Positions 21,815 through 32,425 of a DNA stretch of 64,000 nt are shown piece by piece (position 1 is the first letter of the stretch; each line of letters starts with the position of its first letter). The notes under the pieces were generated by a model. The model was given only the letters and a program-made list of their open reading frames with translations. It searched no databases and was not told where the DNA came from. Source of the stretch: Phormidium sp. (GTDB lineage: Bacteria; Cyanobacteriota; Cyanobacteriia; Cyanobacteriales; Aerosakkonemataceae); NCBI GenBank assembly GCA_051013385.1, contig CP143273.1:736001-800000 (forward strand), read 5' to 3'. A program made the translations under genes and the position numbers.

Positions 21815-23821
21815 ATGTCTGTTTTCGTTGCAGTTGATAAAATCGACAAAGTTTTTGACCTATCTAACGGCGGTCAATATCTCGCCCTCAAAGGCATAGA
21901 CCTACAAATTAAAAAAGGCGAATTCATTTCTTTAATCGGTCACTCTGGTTGCGGTAAATCTACTTTATTAAACATGATTGCGGGTTTGGATTTACCCACT
22001 GAAGGAGTAGTAACTTTAGAAAGTAAAGCAATCACCAAACCTGGGCCCGATCGGATGGTGGTGTTTCAAAACTACTCGCTACTGCCTTGGTTAAATGTGC
22101 GGGAAAACATCGAATTGGCAGTAGATGAAGTAATGGCTGATCTGCCGAAGGGTGAGAGAAAATCGATCGTAGAAAAGCACATTGATATGGTAGGTTTGCG
22201 ACCCCACGCAGACAAACAACCAGCGATGCTTTCTGGGGGACAAAAACAACGAGTTGCGATCGCCCGTGCCCTAGCCATCCGTCCGAAGTTATTATTATTA
22301 GATGAACCCTTTGGCGCATTAGACGCATTAACCAGAGGGAACTTGCAAGAAAGATTGATGGAAATTTGCGACGAGTACAAAGTAACATCGGTAATGGTGA
22401 CACACGATGTTGACGAAGCTGTACTTTTGTCCGATCGCATTGTCATGTTAACCAATGGCCCTGGTTCCAAAATTGGGCAAATCTTAGATGTAGATATTCC
22501 CCGTCCCCGCAAACGGATGGAAGTAGTAAATCACCCGAATTATTACAGTTTACGGAGTGAAATGATCTACTTCCTGAACCGTCAAAAACAAGTGAAAAAG
22601 CGTCAAGCCAGCAAAGCCCAAGTTGCTGTTTCTCGCAACAATTTAGAAAAAGTAAATTTGGAAATTGGTTTTGTACCTTTAACAGCTTGTGCGCCATTAG
22701 CAGTAGCTAAAGAAAGAGGTTTCTTTGCTAAGTACGGTTTAGAAGATGTTAAGTTAGTTCGGGAACCTAGCTGGCGTGGTATTGTTGATGATATGGTAGC
22801 CGGACAATTGGATGCTGCCCAAATGCCTGCGGGGATGCCTTTGTGGTTAACTTTAGGTGGTAATGGTGGGCAATCAGTTCCGATCGTTACTTCCCTAACA
22901 ATGGCAAGAAATGGTAATGCAATTACCTTAGCCAAACGCTTTTATGAACAAGGAATTTACACCTTATCAGACCTGAAAAAATACCTGCAAAAATCCAAAG
23001 ACCAACAGCACATTTTTGGCATGGTACATCCTTCTTCCATGCACAATTTGTTGTTGCGTTATTGGTTAGCAGCAGGAGGAATTGATCCTGATAAAGATGT
23101 TAGTTTAACTGTAATTCCTCCCGCCCAAATGGTATCCAACTTGCAATCAGGAAATATCGATGGATATTGCGTAGGGGAACCTTGGAATATTCGGGCGGCG
23201 GTAGAAGGAATTGGATTTTCGATCGCCACTGATTTAGAAATTTGGTTAGGACATCCCGGAAAAGTTTTGGGAGTTCGTGAAGATTGGGCAGCCGCATATC
23301 CTAGAACCCACATAGCATTAGTAACCGCACTTTTAGAAGCAGCACAATTCTGTTCTCAAGAACGCCACTTTGAAGAAGTGCGGCAAATTTTAACCAGACC
23401 AGAATATGTAGGAACCGACATTGAATATATTCAAATCGGCGATCCTAACGTAGCAGTTTGCAGTTTAGAACATCACCGAGAATACGCCCATCACCTATTT
23501 TTTGGCGAAGGCGTTAACCGTCCCAGCCGTACCGAACATTTATGGATGTTGACCCAAATGGCGCGTTGGGATAAAGTTCCATTCCCCAGAAACTGGTTAG
23601 AAATTATGGAACGTTTGTGTCGGGTTGATGTGTTTAGTATGGCAGCGCGAGAACTCGGTTTACTCGACTTTAGTTACTCTCGCGGAAAAATCGAATTATT
23701 TGATGGCATCACCTTCAATTCCGAAGATCCACTGGCTTATCTTGCCCAGCAAAAAATCAAACGGGAATTCCGCATTGAAGAAGTTGCTTTGCCCGTTCCA
23801 GGAAGATTGAAAGTTGCTTAA
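21815..23821 (+). CDS. cmpC: BCT1 ATP-binding protein with C-terminal substrate-binding-like domain
   Basis: GHSGCGKST, LSGGQ, plus C-terminal CmpA-like domain (IGFVPLTACAPL). Confidence 0.9.
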   Translation: MSVFVAVDKIDKVFDLSNGGQYLALKGIDLQIKKGEFISLIGHSGCGKSTLLNMIAGLDLPTEGVVTLESKAITKPGPDRMVVFQNYSLLPWLNVRENIELAVDEVMADLPKGERKSIVEKHIDMVGLRPHADKQPAMLSGGQKQRVAIARALAIRPKLLLLDEPFGALDALTRGNLQERLMEICDEYKVTSVMVTHDVDEAVLLSDRIVMLTNGPGSKIGQILDVDIPRPRKRMEVVNHPNYYSLRSEMIYFLNRQKQVKKRQASKAQVAVSRNNLEKVNLEIGFVPLTACAPLAVAKERGFFAKYGLEDVKLVREPSWRGIVDDMVAGQLDAAQMPAGMPLWLTLGGNGGQSVPIVTSLTMARNGNAITLAKRFYEQGIYTLSDLKKYLQKSKDQQHIFGMVHPSSMHNLLLRYWLAAGGIDPDKDVSLTVIPPAQMVSNLQSGNIDGYCVGEPWNIRAAVEGIGFSIATDLEIWLGHPGKVLGVREDWAAAYPRTHIALVTALLEAAQFCSQERHFEEVRQILTRPEYVGTDIEYIQIGDPNVAVCSLEHHREYAHHLFFGEGVNRPSRTEHLWMLTQMARWDKVPFPRNWLEIMERLCRVDVFSMAARELGLLDFSYSRGKIELFDGITFNSEDPLAYLAQQKIKREFRIEEVALPVPGRLKVA

Positions 23822-23835
23822 ATTGGGGACTGGGG

Positions 23836-23863
23836 TAGGGGCGATTCATGAATCGCCCTTACT
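23836..23863. repeat. REP-like palindrome
   Basis: GTAGGGGCGATTCATGAATCGCCCTTAC. Confidence 0.75.
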
Positions 23864-23965
23864 AGGGACTGAGACAAATGTCAACTCCTCTTCTCTACTC
23901 TCTGTGTCCTCTGCGTCTCTGTGGTTCAAAAAAAACCTCACACACACCTCAAATAATTTAGGAAA

Positions 23966-24829
23966 ATGCCAACCTTGAAAAACCCAACCACTAAAACAAC
24001 TCAAACAACCAAAACTCCTGTAGCTGTAAAATCAGCGAGAAAAGAGGCATTTTTAAACTTTGAAAATGTCTCGAAAGCCTTCCCCACACCCAAAGGCCCT
24101 TATGTAGTTTTAGAAGATGTTAACCTCAAGATTCAAGAAGGCGAATTTATCTGCGTCATCGGGCACTCAGGTTGCGGAAAATCCACATTATTAAATATGG
24201 TTTCGGGTTTTTCTCGACCAACGACTGGGGAAGTAAGATTGCGATCGCAACAGATAACCAAACCCGGCCCAGACCGCATGGTAGTATTCCAAAACTATGC
24301 CTTATTACCTTGGTTAACTGCTTTTGAAAACATCTACTTGGCAGTTGATGCGGTTCACCCAGACAAATCTCAGTCCGACAAAGAAGAAATTGTCAAATAC
24401 AACTTAAATTTGGTCGGACTCACAGAAGCAGCTAACAAAAAACCGCAGCAACTTTCTGGGGGGATGAAACAGCGGATTTCCATCGCCCGTGCCCTCTCTA
24501 TTCGTCCACAAGTATTAATCCTAGACGAACCATTTGGGGCGTTAGACGCTATCACCAAAGAAGAGTTACAAGAAGAACTGCTGAAAATTTGGAACGATAT
24601 GCGGATGACAGTGTTGATGATTACTCACGACATTGACGAAGCCTTATTTTTAGCCGATCGCTTGGTGATGATGACCAATGGCCCACGCGCCAATATCGGG
24701 GAAATCCTCAACATTCCTTTTTCCCGCCCGCGCGATCGTACTCGAATCATGGAAGACCCGGAATATTACAATCTCCGTAACTACGCCCTAGATTACTTGT
24801 TCCGACGCTTTGCCCACGATGATGAGTAA
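23966..24829 (+). CDS. cmpD: BCT1 ATP-binding protein
   Basis: GHSGCGKST, LSGGMKQR, C-terminal RFAHDDE. Confidence 0.88.
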   Translation: MPTLKNPTTKTTQTTKTPVAVKSARKEAFLNFENVSKAFPTPKGPYVVLEDVNLKIQEGEFICVIGHSGCGKSTLLNMVSGFSRPTTGEVRLRSQQITKPGPDRMVVFQNYALLPWLTAFENIYLAVDAVHPDKSQSDKEEIVKYNLNLVGLTEAANKKPQQLSGGMKQRISIARALSIRPQVLILDEPFGALDAITKEELQEELLKIWNDMRMTVLMITHDIDEALFLADRLVMMTNGPRANIGEILNIPFSRPRDRTRIMEDPEYYNLRNYALDYLFRRFAHDDE

Positions 24830-24950
24830 TATCAGATTTCCTTATACCTGTGTGGTTTAAAACCTCCAGTGTATACCAGAGGTGGGCCTTCTCACCTCTT
24901 TCTTGTGCAATGTTACGTTCAATGCTATACAGATTTACCGTTTTTTTTTT

Positions 24951-24993
24951 TACTATCAATTAAAATCTATGGTAACGATTAGTACTATCAATT
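24951..24993 (+). promoter_or_regulatory. Possible LysR-type (NdhR/CcmR) operator upstream of ndhF3
   Basis: 11-bp direct repeat TACTATCAATT at 24951 and 24983; ATCA-N8-CTAT resembles ATAG-N8-CTAT. Confidence 0.35.
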
Positions 24994-25210
24994 TAATAAA
25001 ATTAAAAAACTCTTAAATTCATAAGAAAATTTGATACATTGTTATCTAACAACTAGCTTGGCTCAACAAGCTAGCGATTCTTGGCACATTAATGGCTTCG
25101 TAAACACGCAAATATTAATATGCCTTAACGGAAGAATATGGATTGAGGCTACTCAAGTCCATAAACTTCGTTTATCCATAATTCTTGCTGAAATTCGAGG
25201 GGTAATCCTG

Positions 25211-27070
25211 ATGTCTCAGTTCTTGCTCCAAACTATTTGGATGGTGCCCATATATCCCTTAATCGGGATGATTTTAACAATACCCTGGTCGCCCGGAATC
25301 ATTCGCCGCACCGGGCCAAGACCATCGGGTTATGTTAACCTAATTACAACATTTTTGGCTTTTCTGCACGGGTTATTTGCCCTAACAGCTATTTGGAATC
25401 AAGCATCCTATCAACTTTTTATTCCTTGGCTGCAAGTAGCTAACCTAGACTTAACTTTGCCCTTGGAAATCTCCACCGTGACAGTAGGAGCTACAGTTGT
25501 AATCACGGGGTTAAACTTTCTAGCGCAAATTTTCGCCGTCGGTTATTTGGAGATGGACTGGGGGTGGGCAAGATTCTTTGCTTTAGTCGCATTTTTCGAG
25601 GCGGGAATGTGCAGTTTAGTATTGTGCAACTCCCTCTTTTTCAGCTACGCCATCCTCGAACTTTTAACCCTTGGCACTTATTTACTCGTCGGATATTGGT
25701 TTAACCAATCATTAGTAATCACAGGCGCAAGAGATGCGTTTTTAACCAAACGGGTAGGAGACTTATTCCTACTCATGGGAGTTTTAGCAATCTATCCCAT
25801 TGCCCAAACTTGGAACTTCACCGATTTAGCAGAATGGGCATCAACCGCTCAAATTGACCCAAAACTCGCTGCATTATTGGGTTTAGCTTTAATTGCAGGG
25901 CCATTGGGCAAATGCGCTCAATTTCCCTTACACTTGTGGCTAGATGAAGCAATGGAAGGCCCCCTGCCAGCTACCATTTTGCGGAATGCCGTAGTTGTCG
26001 CCACTGGCGCTTGGGTATTAGTCAAACTTCAACCAGTTTTAGCCCTCTCTCCAGTCACCGAGTCAGCAATGTTTATTATTGGTGGCGCGACTGCTGTTGG
26101 TGCTTCTTTAATATCTATTGCCCAAATTGATATTAAACGCGCTTTGTCTTATCTTGTCAGCGCATATATGGGCATAGTTTTTATTGCTGTAGCTGCTGAA
26201 CAAACCCAAATTGCACTTTTATTAACCTTCACTTATGCACTCAGCATGGCGCTTTTGGTAATGGGTGTTGGTGGCGTAGTTTGGAATAATACCACTCAAG
26301 ATTTAACTCAATATGGTGGTTTGTGGTCACGCCGACCAGTATCAGGATTTGCCTTTATTATTGGTGCAGCTGGGTTAATTGCCTTGCCACCATTGGGCGG
26401 TTTTTGGTCAATGCAACAATTAGTCGAAAATCTGTGGGTTTCATATCCTTTTATGGCTGGATTAGTGTTAGCAGTTAACGCTATTGTTGCCTTTAGTTTG
26501 ACTCGCACTTTCGGCTTAGTGTTTGCGGGTAAAGTCAAACCAATGACTTACCGTTCTCCAGAAATTCATTGGCCGATGGCTTTGCCAATGGTAATTTTAA
26601 GTAGCTTAAATCTTCACGTTCCACTGTTACTTTTGCAATGGCATCAGTTACCCAATTTAGAAACTGGAAATCTAGCAGTGGCGTTAAGTTTGATTGTTTC
26701 GAGTTTAGCTGGTTTCGCTTTGAGTGGCGTAATTTATCTCAACAATAGTTGGGAAAAACCAGTGCAGTTAAGTTGGAAACCTCTACAAGATTTCTTTGCT
26801 TACGACCTGTACACTGCCAAACTTTATAAATTGACGATCGTCTTTGTGGTTGATTTAATTTCTCGTGTGATGTATGCGATCGATCGTTACCTAGTTGATG
26901 GATTAGTAAATCTCACCGGACTCGCCACAGTTTTTAGCGGACAAACTCTCAAATACAACGTCTCAGGTAAAGGTCAGTTTTACCTCTTAAGCATCCTCTT
27001 GGGCGTTTCTTTACTAGTAATTATCGTCAGCTGGCCCTTTTTATCCCAACTATTAATTGTCAGCAAATGA
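25211..27070 (+). CDS. ndhF3: NDH-1 CO2-uptake subunit NdhF3
   Basis: MSQFLLQTIW..RRTGPRPSGYVN, AQFPLHLWLDEAMEGP; upstream of ndhD and cupA. Confidence 0.9.
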   Translation: MSQFLLQTIWMVPIYPLIGMILTIPWSPGIIRRTGPRPSGYVNLITTFLAFLHGLFALTAIWNQASYQLFIPWLQVANLDLTLPLEISTVTVGATVVITGLNFLAQIFAVGYLEMDWGWARFFALVAFFEAGMCSLVLCNSLFFSYAILELLTLGTYLLVGYWFNQSLVITGARDAFLTKRVGDLFLLMGVLAIYPIAQTWNFTDLAEWASTAQIDPKLAALLGLALIAGPLGKCAQFPLHLWLDEAMEGPLPATILRNAVVVATGAWVLVKLQPVLALSPVTESAMFIIGGATAVGASLISIAQIDIKRALSYLVSAYMGIVFIAVAAEQTQIALLLTFTYALSMALLVMGVGGVVWNNTTQDLTQYGGLWSRRPVSGFAFIIGAAGLIALPPLGGFWSMQQLVENLWVSYPFMAGLVLAVNAIVAFSLTRTFGLVFAGKVKPMTYRSPEIHWPMALPMVILSSLNLHVPLLLLQWHQLPNLETGNLAVALSLIVSSLAGFALSGVIYLNNSWEKPVQLSWKPLQDFFAYDLYTAKLYKLTIVFVVDLISRVMYAIDRYLVDGLVNLTGLATVFSGQTLKYNVSGKGQFYLLSILLGVSLLVIIVSWPFLSQLLIVSK

Positions 27071-27216
27071 GTAAGGGCAGGAAATAAGCAAGGGCTGGTT
27101 TTGTTGAAAGGCGATCTGTAAGAAGGAAAAGTTATTTTCTAAACCCGCCCCTACATTCAAAACTATCTTCCTAACTCAAAACTCAAAACTCAAAACTCAA
27201 AACTTGACTAATCACC

Positions 27217-28743
27217 ATGCTGAGTACTTTAATTTGGTTGCCTGTCATTGGTGCTGCTATCATCGGATTACTACCACAAGAAAAAGCAGCACGTAACGCT
27301 CGAAATTTAGCTTTAATAGTAGCTAGCGCCATCTTCTTTTGGACTATTTTAATTTTGTCCAAATTCAGTATTAGTAATCCCGGTTTTCAATTTACCGAAT
27401 ACCTACCTTGGATTGAAACTTTGGGTTTGTCCTATAATTTGGGTATCGATGGTATATCTTTACCTTTAATAGTTTTAAATAGTTTGCTGATTTGGATAGT
27501 AATTTTCAGCAGCGGTGAAAACATTGCTCGTCCGAAACTTTATTACTCTTTAATTCTGTTAGTTAGTTCTGGGTTAGCAGGTTCTTTCCTAGCACAGAAT
27601 TTACTGCTGTTTGTGCTGTTCTACGAAATTGAACTCATCCCCCTGTATTTGTTAATTGCGATTTGGGGTGGTTTAAAACGGGAATATGCAGCGATTAAAT
27701 TTTTACTTTACACAGCAGTTTCGGGAATTCTGATTTTAGTTGCTTTCTTAGCTTTGGGTTGGTTAGCAGGAACTACCATTACAGGCAGCACTCTCAATTT
27801 TGATTACGCCACAATTAAATCAACAATTTTGCCTTTTAGTTGGCAACTTCCCCTGTTAATTACTTTGTTAATTGGTTTCGGAATCAAGACTCCTTTAGTT
27901 CCTTTCCACACTTGGTTGCCTGATGCTTATGTGGAAGCTTCTCCACCAATAGCAATTCTTTTGGGTGGTGTTTTAGCGAAGTTGGGAACTTATGGTTTAG
28001 TGCGTTTTTGTTTGGGTTTATTCCCTGATGTTTGGGGAACTTTGGCTCCTAGTTTAGCAGTTTGGGCGACGGTGAGTGTGGTTTATGGGGCGCTAACTGC
28101 GATCGCCCAAAAAGACATCAAAAGAATGGTAGCTTATAGTTCGATCGGACACATGGGTTATGTGCTCTTAGGACTCGCCCCCGCCACACCTTTAGGAACT
28201 GTCGGCGCAGTCGCCCAAATGTTCAGTCACGGCGTTATTTTAGCTGCACTTTTCTATTTAGTTGGTGTAGTTGAAGCAAAAGTGGGAACTCGCGAACTTG
28301 ATGTACTCAATGGTTTAATGAACCCCATTCGCGGTTTACCTTTTATTAGCGCTTTTCTCGTAGCAGCAGGAATGGCAAGTGCGGGTATTCCAGGTTTAGT
28401 AGGTTTCATTGCTGAATTTGTAGTTTTCCAAGGCGCTTATGCAACATTTCCAATCCCAACTTTAATCTGTGTGGTAGGAACAATGTTGACCGGAGTTTAC
28501 TTTGTAATTCTGTTGAACCGCACCTGTTTTGGCAAGTTGGATAACGCTACAGCTTATTATCCCAAAGTGTTATGGACTGAACGAATTCCCGCTTTAATTT
28601 TAGTAGGTTTAACTTTCTTTTTAGGCGTGCAACCTACTTGGTTAATGCGTTGGACTGAACAAAGTAGCACCGCATTAGTAGCATCTGTGCAAGTTCATCC
28701 GCAACAACAAATAGCGAAAGTCATCGAACCCCTAGAAAAGTAA
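27217..28743 (+). CDS. ndhD3: NDH-1 subunit NdhD3
   Basis: NuoM-like KTPLVPFHTWLPDAY, VGTRELDVLNGLMNPIRGLP. Confidence 0.9.
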   Translation: MLSTLIWLPVIGAAIIGLLPQEKAARNARNLALIVASAIFFWTILILSKFSISNPGFQFTEYLPWIETLGLSYNLGIDGISLPLIVLNSLLIWIVIFSSGENIARPKLYYSLILLVSSGLAGSFLAQNLLLFVLFYEIELIPLYLLIAIWGGLKREYAAIKFLLYTAVSGILILVAFLALGWLAGTTITGSTLNFDYATIKSTILPFSWQLPLLITLLIGFGIKTPLVPFHTWLPDAYVEASPPIAILLGGVLAKLGTYGLVRFCLGLFPDVWGTLAPSLAVWATVSVVYGALTAIAQKDIKRMVAYSSIGHMGYVLLGLAPATPLGTVGAVAQMFSHGVILAALFYLVGVVEAKVGTRELDVLNGLMNPIRGLPFISAFLVAAGMASAGIPGLVGFIAEFVVFQGAYATFPIPTLICVVGTMLTGVYFVILLNRTCFGKLDNATAYYPKVLWTERIPALILVGLTFFLGVQPTWLMRWTEQSSTALVASVQVHPQQQIAKVIEPLEK

Positions 28744-28851
28744 AGTTCGTTGTAAGCACTTCAGTGCTTTAGCGCTGAAGCGCTTACAACAACCCTCTGG
28801 AAAAGTAAAGTTCGTTGTAAGCACTTCAGTGCTGAAGCGCTTACAACGAAC
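28735..28851. repeat. Tandem REP-like doublet (65-bp period)
   Basis: GAAAAGTAAAGTTCGTTGTAAGCACTTCAGTGCT at 28735 and 28800, each followed by GCTGAAGCGCTTACAAC. Confidence 0.8.
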
Positions 28852-28886
28852 CGAGTTTATTAGAAGTAATTTAGCAGGAAAATAAG

Positions 28887-30185
28887 ATGGTACAAACTCC
28901 CATTAAACCTTCAACTAAACTGCCTCCTTCAAGACATAAATATGCTGATGTCGTGCATCGTTTGGAAGCTGGCGGTGCAATGTTACCTGATTCGCCAGAA
29001 AATTTGATGCAAATTATCGGTATCTATAAAGCTTATGCTGTACCGATGGATTTTTATTGGCGGGATTTGCTTTATATTGGGGAGAAGGTTTTTGTCGATC
29101 CTTTCCCTTTCTTTAAGTACTTTTTGCCCGATGAGTATTTAAATTTGCATAACCATTATCAAGGTGATGATGCAGATTATCGAGTTTGGAGAAGGGGAGA
29201 AGCTACAGCACATCCTGAACTTTTAGAGTTTATGGATAAGGGAGAATTAAAGAAGAATTTTCCCCGGATTTTCCATCACCTGTGGCACGATCGCATTAAC
29301 ATGGAATTCGCTGAAGAATGTATGCGTTCTATGCTTTGGCATCGTCTCGGTGGTGGAATGGATGTTTATTTGGATACCCCGGAATATAAGAAGGCAGCTG
29401 ATGAGGCGATTAAGTCTTATTTTAAGGGTAATCCAGCAATGTTGACCCTGTATAAACTGTTCCCAGATTTGTTTTTGGAACAATGTCGCCAAGCTTCTTA
29501 TTATGCTAATCTGGGGTTATTCTGGGAAGTGATGGCTCCGGTGTTTTTTGAAATTAGCGATCGCTACGACTCAGGAGAAATTACCACCGTTCCTCAAGCA
29601 ATGGATTTCCTGGTAAATTGCATCTTTATCGCCGCCGGAAGACCAATTTATCACCATGTAAAAATTCGCGATGAAGTGCATAAAATCATTCCCAAAGATT
29701 TAGGTTTAATGTGGTTATATGATGCTGCTTTACCTTATGTGGAAGCAGTTTTCTATCGCACTTCTCCCTTCCGAGGCACAAAATCTTACAACGCCCAAGC
29801 AAAACAAATTCCTGAAAAGCAAGAAGATTTCCACTATGGAATTCTTTATGCTGATGTGTTTCCGGTAGGTACTGCGGGTATTCCTCCAACCCAATTAATG
29901 CAGGATATGTTCCATTTCTTACCCCCATATTTGAAGGATTACTATCACAAACATTGTCGCAATGAAGATGATATGTTAATCCAATTGGGAATTAGTTTCC
30001 AACGTTCTATGTATGTGGTGACATCAGCAGTATTTAATGGTTTAAGAACTGCTTTGTTGTATCCTTTAGACGATCCAAATCCGAAACATTTAATGGCAAA
30101 TCGTAACTTCTTTGAATCTCAACTCGATCGTTTCTTGCGCCCAGAAGCGAGAATCGGTAGCATTCAAAATCAAGAGTACAGGTAA
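28887..30185 (+). CDS. cupA: CO2 hydration protein CupA (ChpY)
   Basis: 432 aa; HRLEAGGAMLPDSPENL, YAVPMDFYWRDLLY, HDRINMEFAE; long N-terminus typical of CupA rather than CupB. Confidence 0.93.
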   Translation: MVQTPIKPSTKLPPSRHKYADVVHRLEAGGAMLPDSPENLMQIIGIYKAYAVPMDFYWRDLLYIGEKVFVDPFPFFKYFLPDEYLNLHNHYQGDDADYRVWRRGEATAHPELLEFMDKGELKKNFPRIFHHLWHDRINMEFAEECMRSMLWHRLGGGMDVYLDTPEYKKAADEAIKSYFKGNPAMLTLYKLFPDLFLEQCRQASYYANLGLFWEVMAPVFFEISDRYDSGEITTVPQAMDFLVNCIFIAAGRPIYHHVKIRDEVHKIIPKDLGLMWLYDAALPYVEAVFYRTSPFRGTKSYNAQAKQIPEKQEDFHYGILYADVFPVGTAGIPPTQLMQDMFHFLPPYLKDYYHKHCRNEDDMLIQLGISFQRSMYVVTSAVFNGLRTALLYPLDDPNPKHLMANRNFFESQLDRFLRPEARIGSIQNQEYR

Positions 30186-30194
30186 CTTCTCCAA

Positions 30195-30306
30195 GTTCGT
30201 TGTAAACGCTTTAGCGTTGCCGCACTGAAGTGCTTACAACAAACCTTTTTTATCAGGTTTGTTGTAGACGCTTCAGCGTTACAGCACTGAAGTGCTTACA
30301 ACGAAC
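30195..30306. repeat. REP-like doublet, same family as 28735-28851
   Basis: GTT(C/T)GTTGTA..CGCTT(T/C)AGCG..GCACTGAAGTGCTTACAAC x2. Confidence 0.75.
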
Positions 30307-30352
30307 AGTACAATAGCTGTGAAAGGTGTCTTTACTCACAGCAAACAAACTA

Positions 30353-31696
30353 ATGAATAAAATAATTTACCCAACTCTTGATTTATTTCTTTACCACCAA
30401 AGAGAAGGTTTAACAGAAAACGAAGCAGATATTAAGACAAATCATGCTAATTTTTGGTCTAATTTACCCAAGAATTTAAAGGTTGAACTGAGTGAAGAAG
30501 CAAAGGCAGAAAATACAGAATATGTCAGATTACTGGAATTTTCCGAAGCTGCAAAGAGACAAAAACAATTTTTCTTTACGGCATCTTTAGGCGGATATCC
30601 TATAGAAGCTTCTTACTATCCAATTCGGTTAAATGATACTTACGCGCTATTATTTGATTGCTATATTAATGATAAAATTCAACCTCAACCTATTAGTTGT
30701 CTACAATATTTAAAAACTTTAGCTGATTATAAAACTGCAAATTTAGGCACAACTTGGATAATTTCCGGTTACTTATCACCATCTTCTAATCCGCAAGTTA
30801 TCGCCCAAGAATTATACAAAGAATTTACTGGAAAAGAATGGCAAAACCCCCAAGAAGGTAAGTTTTTAGGTGCAACTGTTTTTGAAATTTGGCAACCTCC
30901 GCAAAAGTGGGAAGATATAGAAAAGGAAAATCATCATGTTTTGATTTTTCTCTATCCAAACTTGCAAACGATGGGGAAAACAGCTAGTTTTTATAAACTG
31001 TGGTTACAGCTTTTCTGTTATCGTAATAAAGTGATTTGGGCTTATGCGGAAAGTCGAAAATGTAACCATGAATTGCATAAATTAGTTACAGAGATTGCTA
31101 ATATAAATTATAAAATAGAGAATATTTCTGCATCAATTGATTTACAGAAAATCCTCCAATATCAGCCAAAAACATCTTTTAATTATCAGACTAACCTCAA
31201 TAAACTAGAAACATTGCAACAAATCATAAATAATAATTTAGCTAGTCACCAATTTTTCATAAAACGAATTAAAGAAGAATCTCAATATCTTACTGAAAAA
31301 GATGTTTTGCTTGGCAAAACTGACCTAGAATTTTTAGAAAAGTTTAGTAGAGTAGTAGAGCAAAACTATAAATCTAAAATAGCTATAAATCACACTAATT
31401 ATAGTTTAATGGCTAAAGTTTTAGACAGCCAGATTAACACAATTCAAGGGATGATAGATTTAGAGAGAAAAGTAAGCGATCGCACTCTCACCAACACAAT
31501 TATTATCGCCAGCACCGGATTAGCAGCAAGTAGCGTTACCGCCTCTATTATCTCTCAAAAATTGCCATCTCCCACAGAAAGAAGTAACTCAATTTCTGTT
31601 GAACAAGCTTTTGGTTTAAGTGTTGGAGTTGGGTTAGTTGGAGTGGCGATCGCTTATGTAATTCTCCGTCTATTCCGCAAAGTTTTGCTAAAGTAA
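30353..31696 (+). CDS. Hypothetical protein with coiled-coil and two C-terminal hydrophobic segments
   Basis: Long ORF; IYPTLDLFLY N-terminus; C-terminal IIIASTGLAASSV and FGLSVGVGLVGVAIAYVIL. Confidence 0.7.
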   Translation: MNKIIYPTLDLFLYHQREGLTENEADIKTNHANFWSNLPKNLKVELSEEAKAENTEYVRLLEFSEAAKRQKQFFFTASLGGYPIEASYYPIRLNDTYALLFDCYINDKIQPQPISCLQYLKTLADYKTANLGTTWIISGYLSPSSNPQVIAQELYKEFTGKEWQNPQEGKFLGATVFEIWQPPQKWEDIEKENHHVLIFLYPNLQTMGKTASFYKLWLQLFCYRNKVIWAYAESRKCNHELHKLVTEIANINYKIENISASIDLQKILQYQPKTSFNYQTNLNKLETLQQIINNNLASHQFFIKRIKEESQYLTEKDVLLGKTDLEFLEKFSRVVEQNYKSKIAINHTNYSLMAKVLDSQINTIQGMIDLERKVSDRTLTNTIIIASTGLAASSVTASIISQKLPSPTERSNSISVEQAFGLSVGVGLVGVAIAYVILRLFRKVLLK

Positions 31697-31725
31697 GAAA
31701 AACCCCAAATTTAAAAATAGTAGAT

Positions 31726-32406
31726 ATGGTAACATCAGACAACGCTTTAGTTGAACAACCTGTTCCAGCAATTCCTCAAGAAAATAGAATCGTGATGAGA
31801 GGTGTTAGCTGGCAAACTTACAAACAATTAATGAAAGAAGTAGGAGACGATCGCGCTTGGAGAATCGCTTACGATCGAGGAGTGTTAGAAACTAGAATGC
31901 CGTTGTTAAAACATGAAGTTCCCAAAGGTTTAATAGAGAGTTTTGTTGAAGTCATTGCAGACGAACTCGGTATTGAAGTAAGAAAGTTAGGTGCTTTAAC
32001 CTTAGAACGAGAAGATTTAACTCGTGCTGTAGAACCAGATACTTGTTTTTACATTCAAAATGAAGCTTTGGTAAGAGGACGTAAAATTAACTTGCCAGAA
32101 GATCCACCACCGGATTTAGCAGTAGAATCAGACTATACCAGTTCTTCTGTCAACAAAGAAGCGCTTTATTCAGCTTTAGGTGTTCCCGAACTCTGGCGAT
32201 ATACTAGGAAAACATTGTTGATTTATCGACGAGTTGAAGGAGGATACGAACAGTGCGAACAAAGTTTAGCATTTCCCTTTTTACCAATAGGAGAAATTCC
32301 CAATTTTATCGAACAAAGTCGCACAATTGGACAAAGAAGTGCCGTAAAGTTATTTAGACAGCGTATTCGGGAAATTCTTAATAGTCAATCAACAGGTGAC
32401 AGTTAG
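31726..32406 (+). CDS. Uma2 (DUF820) family endonuclease-like protein
   Basis: VSWQTY, EPDTCFYI, PPDLAVE, LGVPELWRY. Confidence 0.9.
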   Translation: MVTSDNALVEQPVPAIPQENRIVMRGVSWQTYKQLMKEVGDDRAWRIAYDRGVLETRMPLLKHEVPKGLIESFVEVIADELGIEVRKLGALTLEREDLTRAVEPDTCFYIQNEALVRGRKINLPEDPPPDLAVESDYTSSSVNKEALYSALGVPELWRYTRKTLLIYRRVEGGYEQCEQSLAFPFLPIGEIPNFIEQSRTIGQRSAVKLFRQRIREILNSQSTGDS

Positions 32407-32425
32407 AATTGAATATTTAGCAAGT

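Noticed and set aside
19304..24829. Alternative call as nitrate transporter nrtABCD
   Set aside because: The binding protein has CmpA-type motifs, there is no nirA or narB nearby, and CO2-uptake genes follow
25031..25210. Longer N-terminus for NdhF3 (similarly for rpsF, SET, trmL, MalK and the P-type ATPase)
   Set aside because: Family-like sequence begins at downstream ATGs, most with RBS-like motifs; the extensions are ORF-caller artefacts
28735..28851. Repeats starting GTT.. and ending ..ACAAC, reminiscent of CRISPR repeats
   Set aside because: Only two copies per site, palindromic and dispersed (also at 30195); these are REP-like with no unique spacers
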